Below are positions 10,259 through 19,344 of a stretch of 20,000 nt of DNA, piece by piece. The notes under the pieces were generated by a model, which was not told where the DNA came from, did not search any database, and was given only the letters and a program-made list of their open reading frames with translations. The first letter of the stretch is position 1; the number at the start of each line of letters is the position of its first letter. This DNA comes from an uncultured virus (IMG/VR IMGVR_UViG_2061766007_003022) (taxonomy: Duplodnaviria; Heunggongvirae; Uroviricota; Caudoviricetes). The stretch is taken from IMG/VR virus record IMGVR_UViG_2061766007_003022, one strand, 5' to 3'. The translations under genes were made by a program, and so were the position numbers.

Positions 10259-11392
10259 ATGGATATACTAAAGGAAATTGCTGGAGAAGCACCGGAAAAG
10301 ATGCGCCAGTGCATAGTCGAAGCGTTCAACAGCATATTCGGGGAACCGATACTTGAAGGTCAGCGAGAGATTGACACAATGACCCGAGATAACGCATACA
10401 AGGCATTGGCGTCCTCCATGATGGGACGCATACCGAATGACTGGAATGAGCCATATGCCAGGCGGAAATTTGATGAAATGCATGCTGCATTCAACATGCG
10501 CGCTGACGAAATGTATAATCAGGCCCGCCAGCGAGCCCGCGGTATGGGAATGGAGCTAGTTGAACAGAAAGAAAACGCATTCACTAACAAAAAAGGGACT
10601 GTCCTTACCGTACTACAGATAACCCTCAACCAGATTCGTGGTGCCATATTGAACTTTGACGGTGCGTGCGCCAAGTACATGCCTGGTATCACCCGTATAT
10701 CGTTACTGAGCCCATATCTTGGTGGATGCGGTATGCAAACCCCTATGCAGGATGCCGGTCGTTTAAAGCTCCTTAAAGCATTCACTATGTATGCCAGCGA
10801 GGTCTGTCCTGACCCCGAGGCTCCGGGTGCGGAATTCGATGTCAACTACAACGGCATGACGCTAGATGACATTATGCAGCAATTTGGTAACGCAGTACGT
10901 GATATAATCGATACCGGTAGGGCAGAAGTCAATAACTATCAGCCGACTCATGATGAAGAATCCGGTAACTATCGCATTGTGAAGATTAACAGTTTTGCAG
11001 AGGCCAGACAATATCGCCGATATGCTCCGTGGTGCATCTGTGATGGCGAAATGTACTGGAACACCTATAGTCTAGGTGGTGCCAATACCATATACTTCTG
11101 TCTTCGGGACGGGTTCGAGAATGAACCGGAAGTTGCTGGAGAAAACACGCCGCTTGACCGTTATGGTCTAAGCATGTTCTGCATCATAGTGGACAGCGAT
11201 GGCGACCTCGCCAACTCAACTACGCGTTGGAACGACCAGAACGGAGGCACCGACTGGTCAATCAAGCCGTCACTGGCAAGTGACCTAGTAAATATGCCGT
11301 TCAGCGAAGCGTTCCCGGCTGACCCGCATGATGAAGCTGCCGCATTACGTGCACAGATGGGGAGGATACCGAATGCTGGCCGCCAATTCTAA
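10259..11392 (+). CDS. Phage protein (377 aa) with a PcfJ-like 'WC..Y..YF' domain
   Basis: Domain at ~10970-11233 (YRIVKINSFAEARQYRRYAPWCICDGEMYWNTY...TIYFCLRDGFENEP...PLDRYGLSMFCIIVDSDG...TTRWN) resembles a domain I recognise from large gut phages; paralogous copies occur in this window. The family name is tentative. Confidence 0.8.
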   Translation: MDILKEIAGEAPEKMRQCIVEAFNSIFGEPILEGQREIDTMTRDNAYKALASSMMGRIPNDWNEPYARRKFDEMHAAFNMRADEMYNQARQRARGMGMELVEQKENAFTNKKGTVLTVLQITLNQIRGAILNFDGACAKYMPGITRISLLSPYLGGCGMQTPMQDAGRLKLLKAFTMYASEVCPDPEAPGAEFDVNYNGMTLDDIMQQFGNAVRDIIDTGRAEVNNYQPTHDEESGNYRIVKINSFAEARQYRRYAPWCICDGEMYWNTYSLGGANTIYFCLRDGFENEPEVAGENTPLDRYGLSMFCIIVDSDGDLANSTTRWNDQNGGTDWSIKPSLASDLVNMPFSEAFPADPHDEAAALRAQMGRIPNAGRQF

Positions 11393-14300
11393 TATGACTC
11401 CATTATTTGAAGCGCAGGACGACTTTAAGGCTATAGAGGATTCTATATCCTCTAAGTTCAATATTCCTCCAAACGCTAATGTAGCTGTATCCGACCTAGA
11501 AGAAAACCATCCATCAAAAAAACTCCAGCAGGTAAAAGACGCCATAAAAGCAGAGGCGAAAGTCGAAATGGCTGACCCGGGGCCGGTACTTGAACTATTG
11601 GATAGAATCGAGCAATTCAAGCGGGAGCCAAGCAATAATCGACTGAACCAAGACGTAATTGACGGTATCGAAGCATCCCCGGCAGAAATAAGGGATTTGC
11701 TGCATTCCGCTGTAGATGTTATTACTGCAGAAGCTAGAGCAGCATTGGGTGGAGAGGTAACCATAGAAAATCCGGAAGCACAGCTTAGTGAAATCCGTGA
11801 GTTAATTCTAGGAACCGCAGACCGTCTCGGCCTTGACCCAAAAGTATTCGAGCAACTTTTACTGCGAATAGCGAAAAATAAGAAAACCGCAGCAAACAAT
11901 CGTTTGGATGAAGTTACGCTCAACCGCATCAACTATCTCCCCAAACCCATGATAAAGCTTATTCAAACCGGTGCCGATATCATAGATACCATGATTGATA
12001 ACTTCTGGGCGGCTAAGCATATAGTCGAACACCCCGGTCAAAACGATTACGCCAACCCGGACATCGAACCTACATTCAATCTATATAATGCACCGATAGC
12101 AATCCCGCTTTCTGAGTATATAAGAATAAGAGCCACCGAACAGATGACATTCCCACAAAATTCGGGAATCGGAAACTCCAAGACTGCACAAGAGAACATT
12201 AAGGCAGGAACTCCAGCAAAGCTAACACCAGAAGAATTGAACAATCTGTTGAACAACGGGGTTGACCTGGCACACCCCGAGCAGTTACCGGAAGATATAC
12301 GAAACTACATCGCCCTGCTATCCAGGAAGTTCCTACCGGGAATCTTCCGGATTGGGTTTGATGATTTGGGTCTCATGGGCTATCTATATAACACCAAGGA
12401 TACTATTCAAGGGGCACTAGATAAGATGGGAATCCCCGTAAATAGTGGATATAGCCAAGAAAAAATGGATTATTTCGGTAAGAAAGTAATTCCTGCTCTG
12501 ATACTACGCTCCATGTTGTCACAGTATGAGCCTACTGACGGATATAAGAAAAGTGACTTTGTGAAAGGGGAGAAATTCCTTGGTAATGACGTTGCAAACG
12601 CATTAAGGGATTATATCGACCCATTAGATGTTCAACTCAACTCCGACTTGGATGGTCTTGACTACGATGGTCTAATCGACCTGGCCGATACAGGCGATAT
12701 TGATTCGACGAACCTCTTAGCATCATCAACCCATGACGAACACGGAAATCAGTTTACCTATATACCAGATGACAACGATGAGCCAGTTGCCGATAATACA
12801 CAACTTACGGTAACCGATAAAGATGCGGAATATGAATGTCCAGCATATAAGAGTGGCGATTGGTATGTAGTATATATTAAAGACAAAGAGCATTCTGAGA
12901 AAGGATGGTTCAGTTTTCCCGAGCCGTCCAGTATAAGAAAAGATGGAATTTTCATGTTGAACGGTACCGGGCAGGATGAATATGGGAGAACTCATGGAAG
13001 TGTAGGCGATGCATGGTGTATTGTCCATTCCGGTTCATTCAATGGATATGGTCCGGGTTCCTATGGGGAATACAAACCATATGCATACTACTTGGTTCAT
13101 AAAGATGCACTGTCGCCTGATGTACTTAAACACGACAGGAATGACTCCAAATATTATATGACAACAATGGGATTATTCTTTGCAGGCTGCGACCATAACG
13201 ATGCCAAGGAATATACTATTTTCACTGATGGACATATGATGAGCCGGGCAAACTGGTATATATTCAATCATGGTGAGTTCGAGGATAAATATGCCCCCTT
13301 AGCTCCCAAAAACCTACCAAATGCATCAAACCGGGCAAACTGGTGTTTCATTAGGACTATTTTTGCATTGAACACCATCGGTAAATGGGATAACACCATA
13401 ACCGGTGAAGAAAATATAAAGACAGCTGCCCAGGAACTTAGTAAGTCCTGGTTCCCACCGTTTGGCGGCAAGATAGAAGTCAAGCAAAAAGGTATCCCAA
13501 GCGTACATGTAAAGGACCCGGGGTCTGCAGCCATACTTTTTAATGGAAAGTCTCCGGAACACCAGGCGGTCACCCGCAGCATAATGGATGGCAACACCCT
13601 GCTCAACATAGACGGAACGGAATACAAGATGCATATGAACTTAGGTGACCGGGTGGACTTCGCCAAGCTAGGGACGCCAGAAGATGCAAACACTATTACT
13701 ACTCCAATGATATCGTTCAGGCTAGATAAAAGTAATAACAAGTGGCATGCGATAAATTCCATCCCGATGGACTATCCCAAGCGCAAGCGAATTGAGGACG
13801 ACTACAACGAAGTTCCGGAGCTCGACGATTCATTCAAGCCGGAGAATCCGGTAGACGGTATACGCTGGTGCTTCCCGGCATCTGGTAAGTCAGCATCTCA
13901 CCGTGTAGGATTCTCCGCCGACCACACAATCTACCTATCAGACGGGACCGACGTGTTCGAAGCTGGAAAGAACAGGGCAAATCCGGAGATATTCAACGGT
14001 TGCAAGTGTACCTACGTGGATACGCCAAACGGGAAAAACATATTCGTCATGGCGTCACGCCTGCACAGCACGTCTCCGATACGGATGGTGGGATATGTAC
14101 GCAACGGCAAAGTCAACTTCTTCCATGTTTACCTCATGATGCAATCCGGAATCGCCCTACTGCAGGATGCGATATCGGGCAAATACCGTGTCGGCGACCT
14201 CATGGGAGACCCGAAACCGATGAACCGGGACGAATACACGGGGGCGATTGCCGTGGACGGCGCAGGAAACTACGTCGATACCATTGGCCTGACCCCTGAT

Positions 14301-14510
14301 GCAATAGAAAACATGCTATACAACAGGAATTCCCAGATAGGCCTGGCCATACAGAACGGACGCATGGGAGAAGGCGATGACCCAACCCTGGTAGGGATAA
14401 TACAGTGGGTATCCGGTGAAGACATGTCAGACATCCAAGAAGAGACACGGATTACCATGAACGATATCCGCAAGGACGGCGCAAAACCGCCCTTCTTTGG
14501 TGAACGCTAA
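11373..14510 (+). CDS. Large hypothetical protein (~1045 aa), extended paralogue of 10259-11392
   Basis: Start chosen at ATG 11373 (GGAGG 7 nt upstream; alternative 11394). KFLPGIFRI, LNSDLDGLDYDGLI and WYVVYIKD..AWCI..YYLV..SRANW parallel KYMPGITRI, FDVNYNGMTLDDIM and YRIVKIN..PWCI..YFCL..TRWN in the upstream gene. Confidence 0.85.
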   Translation: MLAANSNMTPLFEAQDDFKAIEDSISSKFNIPPNANVAVSDLEENHPSKKLQQVKDAIKAEAKVEMADPGPVLELLDRIEQFKREPSNNRLNQDVIDGIEASPAEIRDLLHSAVDVITAEARAALGGEVTIENPEAQLSEIRELILGTADRLGLDPKVFEQLLLRIAKNKKTAANNRLDEVTLNRINYLPKPMIKLIQTGADIIDTMIDNFWAAKHIVEHPGQNDYANPDIEPTFNLYNAPIAIPLSEYIRIRATEQMTFPQNSGIGNSKTAQENIKAGTPAKLTPEELNNLLNNGVDLAHPEQLPEDIRNYIALLSRKFLPGIFRIGFDDLGLMGYLYNTKDTIQGALDKMGIPVNSGYSQEKMDYFGKKVIPALILRSMLSQYEPTDGYKKSDFVKGEKFLGNDVANALRDYIDPLDVQLNSDLDGLDYDGLIDLADTGDIDSTNLLASSTHDEHGNQFTYIPDDNDEPVADNTQLTVTDKDAEYECPAYKSGDWYVVYIKDKEHSEKGWFSFPEPSSIRKDGIFMLNGTGQDEYGRTHGSVGDAWCIVHSGSFNGYGPGSYGEYKPYAYYLVHKDALSPDVLKHDRNDSKYYMTTMGLFFAGCDHNDAKEYTIFTDGHMMSRANWYIFNHGEFEDKYAPLAPKNLPNASNRANWCFIRTIFALNTIGKWDNTITGEENIKTAAQELSKSWFPPFGGKIEVKQKGIPSVHVKDPGSAAILFNGKSPEHQAVTRSIMDGNTLLNIDGTEYKMHMNLGDRVDFAKLGTPEDANTITTPMISFRLDKSNNKWHAINSIPMDYPKRKRIEDDYNEVPELDDSFKPENPVDGIRWCFPASGKSASHRVGFSADHTIYLSDGTDVFEAGKNRANPEIFNGCKCTYVDTPNGKNIFVMASRLHSTSPIRMVGYVRNGKVNFFHVYLMMQSGIALLQDAISGKYRVGDLMGDPKPMNRDEYTGAIAVDGAGNYVDTIGLTPDAIENMLYNRNSQIGLAIQNGRMGEGDDPTLVGIIQWVSGEDMSDIQEETRITMNDIRKDGAKPPFFGER

Positions 14511-14517
14511 AAAACAC

Positions 14518-14538
14518 AAGGGCGGTCATCCCGCCCTT
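14518..14538. terminator. Probable bidirectional intrinsic terminator between convergent genes
   Basis: AAGGGCGG-tcatc-CCGCCCTT lies in the 31-nt gap between stops at 14510 and 14542, A-rich on the left and T-rich on the right. Confidence 0.75.
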
Positions 14539-14541
14539 TCG

Positions 14542-15289
14542 TTATCCCTCGGTAACCTCGATTTTCACCGGTTCTCCCCCGGCATCTCCCGGTTTCTTCC
14601 GTCCACACATCCGGTTGAACACGTCCATGTCGACGTCGCGCATGACGTCCTCCATCGACATGACTTCGATGTTGTCCCCCTCGATGGCAACACCGGATGC
14701 ATCGGCGACAGCACCGGCATACCCGTCCAGGTAAACTGCGTTCGAGGTCTCATCATACCCGGTCAGCAGGTCCTCGGACATGCCCATCAGGTCGGCTACG
14801 CACCGGTACTTCTCCGGTTCCTTCACCCCGTTCATCTCGAGAATCTCGCGGTCCTTGCTGTCGAGCGGACGCTGCAGGTTGAACGGGTCCTTCTCCAGAA
14901 TCTCGGCAAGCGCCTTGGCCTTGCGGTCGGCCTGGGTGTCCTCCTCCATCATCATGTCATAGACTTCTGGAGCGAACTTTTGCAGGACCTCTCCGTTGCT
15001 CGGCGCATGTCCGTCGAACAGTTCAAGGAACTTCGGGTACTTGCGGAGGAAGCCAATCTTCTCCTCGCCCGATACGGGGTCGGTGTACCAGAACACAATC
15101 TTCGACATGTACTCGACAAGGCGACTCATGCAGATACCNNNNNNNNNNNNNNNNNNNNNNNNNNNNNNNNNNNNNNNNNNNNNNNNNNNNNNNNNNNNNN
15201 NNNNNNNNNNNNNNNNNNNNNNNNNNNNNNNNCTCCTCGAAGGCCTCCATGGCCTCGTCCATCGTATTGTCATCAATTCCAGCCATCAT
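14542..15289 (-). CDS. Acidic hypothetical protein (~250 aa) spanning N-gap 15139-15232
   Basis: MMAGIDDNTMDEAMEAFEE-(gap)-GICMSRLVEYMSKIVFW...KIEVTEG*. AGGAGG RBS before ATG 15289/15286; the frame offset coincides with the gap. Confidence 0.75.
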
Positions 15290-15330
15290 GGCCTCCTGTC
15301 CTTTTCCACAGAAACTATTACAAAACAGAA

Positions 15331-15355
15331 AGGCTCCCGGGGTTTCCGGGAGCCT
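15331..15355 (-). terminator. Intrinsic terminator of gene 15379-17406
   Basis: Perfect 10-bp stem AGGCTCCCGG-aaacc-CCGGGAGCCT followed by TTCTGTTTT on the minus strand. Confidence 0.8.
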
Positions 15356-15378
15356 GGTTCAAAACATGGCAGTATGTT

Positions 15379-17406
15379 CTAGCGGCCGAAGAACTTCCTG
15401 TTTCCCGGCTGCNNNNNNNNNNNNNNNNNNNNNNNNNNNNNNNNNNNNNNNNNNNNNGTCAGCCAGCGCGTCGTAGTCGACCGCGGGTTCGCGGAAGTCG
15501 TTGCCGACATTCACGTCGGTACTCGCCGGAGCGGCTGGCTTATGGGAGAAGTCCAGCTCGGTGGGATATTCCTCATTTGGAATGCCCTTCAATCCGTTGT
15601 CGGCATCGAAGTCGTCGCTCAGGCCGATGCCCTCGAAGAGGCCATCCTCGTCGAGACCGTTGATGCTGTCGACCATTCCGCCCGGGCGTGGGAGGAACTC
15701 TTCCGGGTCGCCGCCGATTACCTTCTCGAGGTAGGACGGCATCATGCGGCCACGGTTCCTGCTGAGCACCACGTATCCCCGCTCCCTGGCAATCACGGCA
15801 ATGAGCGATTGGCCATATCCGCGGTCATCCGGATAGAGGTTGTCGAAGTTCGGGGTATAGCAGAAGTATACGTTAGTAGGTTCAGCGTTGACCAACTGGT
15901 CCCACGCATTCTCGTCCTGGATGAAGAACCACGGGTTGCCGTCAGCGAAGTACCTGGCAAACTCCTGGGCGGTCTGGAAGTCCGGGATGGTCTCCACGGT
16001 GCAGTTTCCGGCCCAGCGGGTCTTCTCGAGGGAGGAAGGCTCATCGTCGTTGAAGTTGAACTCGGACTCGTCATACTTCGGCTCATCCTCGTACCCATGG
16101 TCATTACCGTAGATGTCGTGGTCAAACTCCAGCTCACCGTAGTCGTCGGAGGAATCCATGTATCCACTGCCCTCGGTCAGGGAACGACCGCGGCGCTTTC
16201 CCGGAATACGGTTCGCACTGGATGTGAGCGGGAACCGCATGGGCCCCGGTCCCGATTCATTGCCACCGGCAGCCCTGCGTAACTTCCTCGGGTTATGCTC
16301 GCCGGTCGGCTTGCAGGCCTTTCCGACCCACGTGCGCTTGAACTCACTCTCCTCAATATCGTCAAGTTGGTGTCCGTCACGCAGGCTAACGTCCAGGTAG
16401 CCGTCCGGCAATGCGCATACCGCCATCAACGACCTCGGATAGGCATCGTCTTCCGGCTGCACGTCGGCGAACCCCTCGGTATAGCACATGTAGATGGTGC
16501 CACGCCTGCTGTACTCGTTCCACAGCCTCTCGTCATTGCATATAGCGACAGTACCGTGGAAGTACTGGTCGAAGCTGCTGGCCGTCCTGAAGTCGTGGAT
16601 GCGCTCGACACGGTACTTGCCGCGCCAGATGCGGTCATACTCGTCCGGTTCCACCTCGTGGAAGCCCTGGTTCATGATAATCTCGCCACCGGCGTCGTCG
16701 TCATAGTCGTCCAGCTCGGACTCGGGGTCGCCGAACATGCCGGTACCGTCCAGCTCGCTGCTGAAGTCAAGGTCCATCGGGTTTCCCCTACGGTCATACG
16801 GGTTCTCGGGGAACTTGCGGGACTCGGTCATCTTCTGCCCGCAGCATTCCTCTTCGGCATCGCCGGAATTGGGCTTGTCGTCATCGTCGTCATCGTCCCC
16901 GTCCTTCTCTTTGTCGCACGGGACGCACTCGCCGTCGACCTTGCACTCGCCTTCCGGGCACTCATCATCCTCTTCGGCCTCGGCCTCGCCGTCGTCGTCA
17001 TCGTCAGCCTCGGCATCGTCCTCGTAGGCANNNNNNNNNNNNNNNNNNNNCGCATGGCCGCCTTGAGGGCGTCCTGTGCACCGCCTACGTCGCCGCCGTT
17101 GATTTTCTCGTCGAGCGCGGTACAGACATTGCCGAGGAACTCCTGCTCGTCCTGGTCGAGATGGGGGAGGAATGCCCCGACAAGGCCCTGGAAGGCCTTC
17201 TCGAAATCACCCATGGAGAGCCCTGCCTCGGTAAGGGGCTTCTTCTTGCTGCCCTTGGGAACGATTCGTCCCTCGGCAACGGCGAACTTGTACTTGAAAG
17301 TGTCGATGATGGCATCGTTGGAGCCGTCCTTGAGCGACTCGCAGAAAGCCATGTATTTCTTGAATCCCCGGTCGTCCAGGGTGCGGCGTACCTTGATGCC
17401 TGCCAT
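15379..17406 (-). CDS. Very acidic multidomain protein (~670 aa) with two degenerate PcfJ-like repeats; spans two N-gaps
   Basis: Starts MAGIKVRR at ATG 17406 (GAGG RBS, box 32 nt upstream). After gap 17031-17050 the frame AYEDDAEADDDD...EECCGQKMTESRKF is continuous with ORF 16831. After gap 15413-15457 it most plausibly ends QPGNRKFFGR* at 15379, just before the terminator. Confidence 0.75.
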
Positions 17407-17438
17407 ATTTTCAACCTCGCGGTAGTTCTTTGCAGGCA

Positions 17439-17452
17439 AGTTTATCGGTTTA
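17439..17452 (-). promoter_or_regulatory. Promoter box TAAACCGATAAACT
   Basis: Identical to the 14-mer at 10160-10173; lies 2 nt after the upstream stop and 32 nt before ATG 17406. Confidence 0.75.
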
Positions 17453-17454
17453 CG

Positions 17455-18981
17455 CTAGAAAATTCCCGGAATATTCCCCGGGCCGCGTCCTGTCATCTCC
17501 TCCAGGACCTCCCGCTCGAACTCCATCTCGGCCCCGGTCATGAACACCTGGCCGCGCTCCTCCTCGGTCATCGTGGGCACCCCGGCATCGTCCAGTTCGG
17601 AATCCATCAGCGCCTTCACCCGGTCCCCGTACTCCGAGGGGACTATGACCGAGTCGTGCACCGTGCAGAACGGGCACCCGACCTCCCGCATGACCCTGGG
17701 TATCACCTTTCCGAACACGAAGTCGCTCTCCACGAACTGCATGGCCCTCGCCAGGGCGGCGTAGTCCGACTTCTTCAGGTGCTCGATGACGCCGAGGAGA
17801 ACCGGGAAGTCCCTCTCCCACACCCTCCTGACGGCTGCCCTCAGGCTCCCCCGGTCCCTGTCCTCGAGGACGGGCCCGAACAGGAACAGGAAGAAGCCGT
17901 GCTTGGCCTCCTTCCGGTCCGGCTTCCCGTCATAGAGCGGGTCCTCCGAAATCCTCCCGGAGAAGTGCTCGTACAGTCGTCCTCCCCGGAGCAGCCCGTT
18001 GTACCTCCCGCACTCGTCATCGTACCTCGCGCGGTCGACCACGGGCATGCCGAGCGCGAGCTCGCGTATCACGGTGTGCCTGCCAGAGTCGAGTATCGAG
18101 GACGGGTCCCCCAGCGAGCGCAGAATCTTCCCCAGGAAGGCACCCTGGCTGGACTTGATGTCCACCGACACCGTAGGCTTCCCGTCGCAGTAGAGGCACT
18201 CGGTCCTGACCTCCTTCTTCAGCTGGGTGACGTTCGTGTGGATTCGGCCGAACCGGTCCTTCTTGACGAACAGCGCGCAAGGGTCGGTCGAGTACGACAT
18301 GAACCGCTCCACCTTGTCGAGCTCGCGCCTCCTCTGCCCGTCCTTGATTTCGCCGGACTCGACGAGCGAGTCAAGCACGTCGCGGGCCTGCTTCCGGTCA
18401 ATCTCGAAGTGCTCCAGCTGCCGGTGGCACTCGGACACCATCGGGTCCTTCAGCTGCCTGGACTTCACGTCCTCCGCGCACTTCTGCAGGCGCTTCAGGA
18501 AGGTGCGCGACTTGACCTCGAAGGTCCTCGTCCTGCCGACGTGCCGCTTCCGGTGGGTGTCCGGGTCGGCGACCGCGTCCTCCCGGCTCCAGCAGTACTC
18601 GCGCCACTTGACGGCGTACCCGTACTGGAACCAGAACGCCTTGCTCACACCCGGGGTATGGTCGTCCCCCACGAGGTAGGACCGGCTCCTCCGGATGAAA
18701 CCCCAGTTCTCCAGGTCCTCCAGGACGCCCACGTAGTGCGCCCCGATGGCCATGTGGAGGTATACGGAGTGGAGGTTGCAGTGCCAGGTCTTCACGTCGA
18801 CCTTGCGTCCCACCGAGCGCTCGTCCCGGTACTTCCGGCGTAGCTGCCGGGCGACCAGGTGCAGCACGAAGAGGTACAGCTCCTTCCTCCGGGCGCACCC
18901 GGGATGGAACCGGAGCATCTGCTCCAGGGGGGCCACCATGGCCTCCGGTACCTTCATCGTGTAGTTGAACTTCGGCTTCAT
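17455..18981 (-). CDS. Divergent family-A (PolA/T7-superfamily) polymerase-like protein with an N-terminal winged-helix-like region and no exonuclease domain (508 aa)
   Basis: Ordered motifs GRIHTN (cf. GRLSS), VSVDIKSSQ (motif A Asp), RKEAKHGFFLFLFG (motif B RxxAKxxxFxxxYG), MQFVESD (cf. IQGSAAD) and TVHDS (motif C). Start moved to MKPKF at 18981 (GGGG RBS, GATAAACT 38 nt upstream) rather than 19098. Confidence 0.7.
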   Translation of the reverse strand: MKPKFNYTMKVPEAMVAPLEQMLRFHPGCARRKELYLFVLHLVARQLRRKYRDERSVGRKVDVKTWHCNLHSVYLHMAIGAHYVGVLEDLENWGFIRRSRSYLVGDDHTPGVSKAFWFQYGYAVKWREYCWSREDAVADPDTHRKRHVGRTRTFEVKSRTFLKRLQKCAEDVKSRQLKDPMVSECHRQLEHFEIDRKQARDVLDSLVESGEIKDGQRRRELDKVERFMSYSTDPCALFVKKDRFGRIHTNVTQLKKEVRTECLYCDGKPTVSVDIKSSQGAFLGKILRSLGDPSSILDSGRHTVIRELALGMPVVDRARYDDECGRYNGLLRGGRLYEHFSGRISEDPLYDGKPDRKEAKHGFFLFLFGPVLEDRDRGSLRAAVRRVWERDFPVLLGVIEHLKKSDYAALARAMQFVESDFVFGKVIPRVMREVGCPFCTVHDSVIVPSEYGDRVKALMDSELDDAGVPTMTEEERGQVFMTGAEMEFEREVLEEMTGRGPGNIPGIF

Positions 18982-19019
18982 CGCCCCAACGATAATCAAA
19001 AAACTTCCGAGCGTCAACC

Positions 19020-19027
19020 AGTTTATC
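19020..19027 (-). promoter_or_regulatory. Putative phage promoter box GATAAACT
   Basis: 38 nt upstream of ATG 18981. Confidence 0.55.
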
Positions 19028-19069
19028 CTGGAAATTTTCCTGTATATACCGTTTTTTTCTTCGGAGAGG

Positions 19070-19298
19070 ACCGGTACCGACCGGCCTACGCGCTCCATTG
19101 ATATGTTTACAGTTTTGATTCTCCTTGCTGTCCTGTCCCAGGCAGCTGCTGGGTTCTTCCCGGTTTCCTCCCGGGTTCTCCGGGTGAGGTCCCGGTATCC
19201 GACAGGTTTACATAATGTTCCTTATGTAAAATTCCGTTTACGTGTATTTTTTCTTTGTGACAACCGGTACATGCCGGCCCTACGCCTTCCATTGATAT
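19070..19298. repeat. Two imperfect 35/36-bp direct repeats (19070-19104, 19263-19298) enclosing inverted repeats; origin-like region
   Basis: ACCGGTACcgaCCGGCC-TACGCgcTCCATTGATAT vs ACCGGTACatgCCGGCCcTACGCctTCCATTGATAT (30/36 identical); inverted repeat TTTACATAA-6-TTATGTAAA at 19207-19230; GTTTAC three times. Confidence 0.75.
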
Positions 19299-19344
19299 CT
19301 TTCCAGATTTCTTCCGGAAACGGCCGGAAAATCAACGGTTTCCC

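Noticed and set aside
1913..17050. Apparent frameshifts or pseudogenes in four genes
   Set aside because: Every frame change coincides with an N-gap (1913-2154, 4914-4950, 15139-15232, 15413-15457, 17031-17050) of uncertain length, so these are assembly artefacts rather than programmed frameshifts.
17161..18843. 560-aa plus-strand ORF and other long antisense ORFs (4041-5015, 14497-15663, 16295-17425)
   Set aside because: Shadow frames of GC3-biased genes on the opposite strand, with no RBS, promoter or motifs.
19070..19298. Mini CRISPR array from the two ~36-bp repeats
   Set aside because: Only two imperfect copies separated by 158 bp, far longer than a spacer, and no cas genes.
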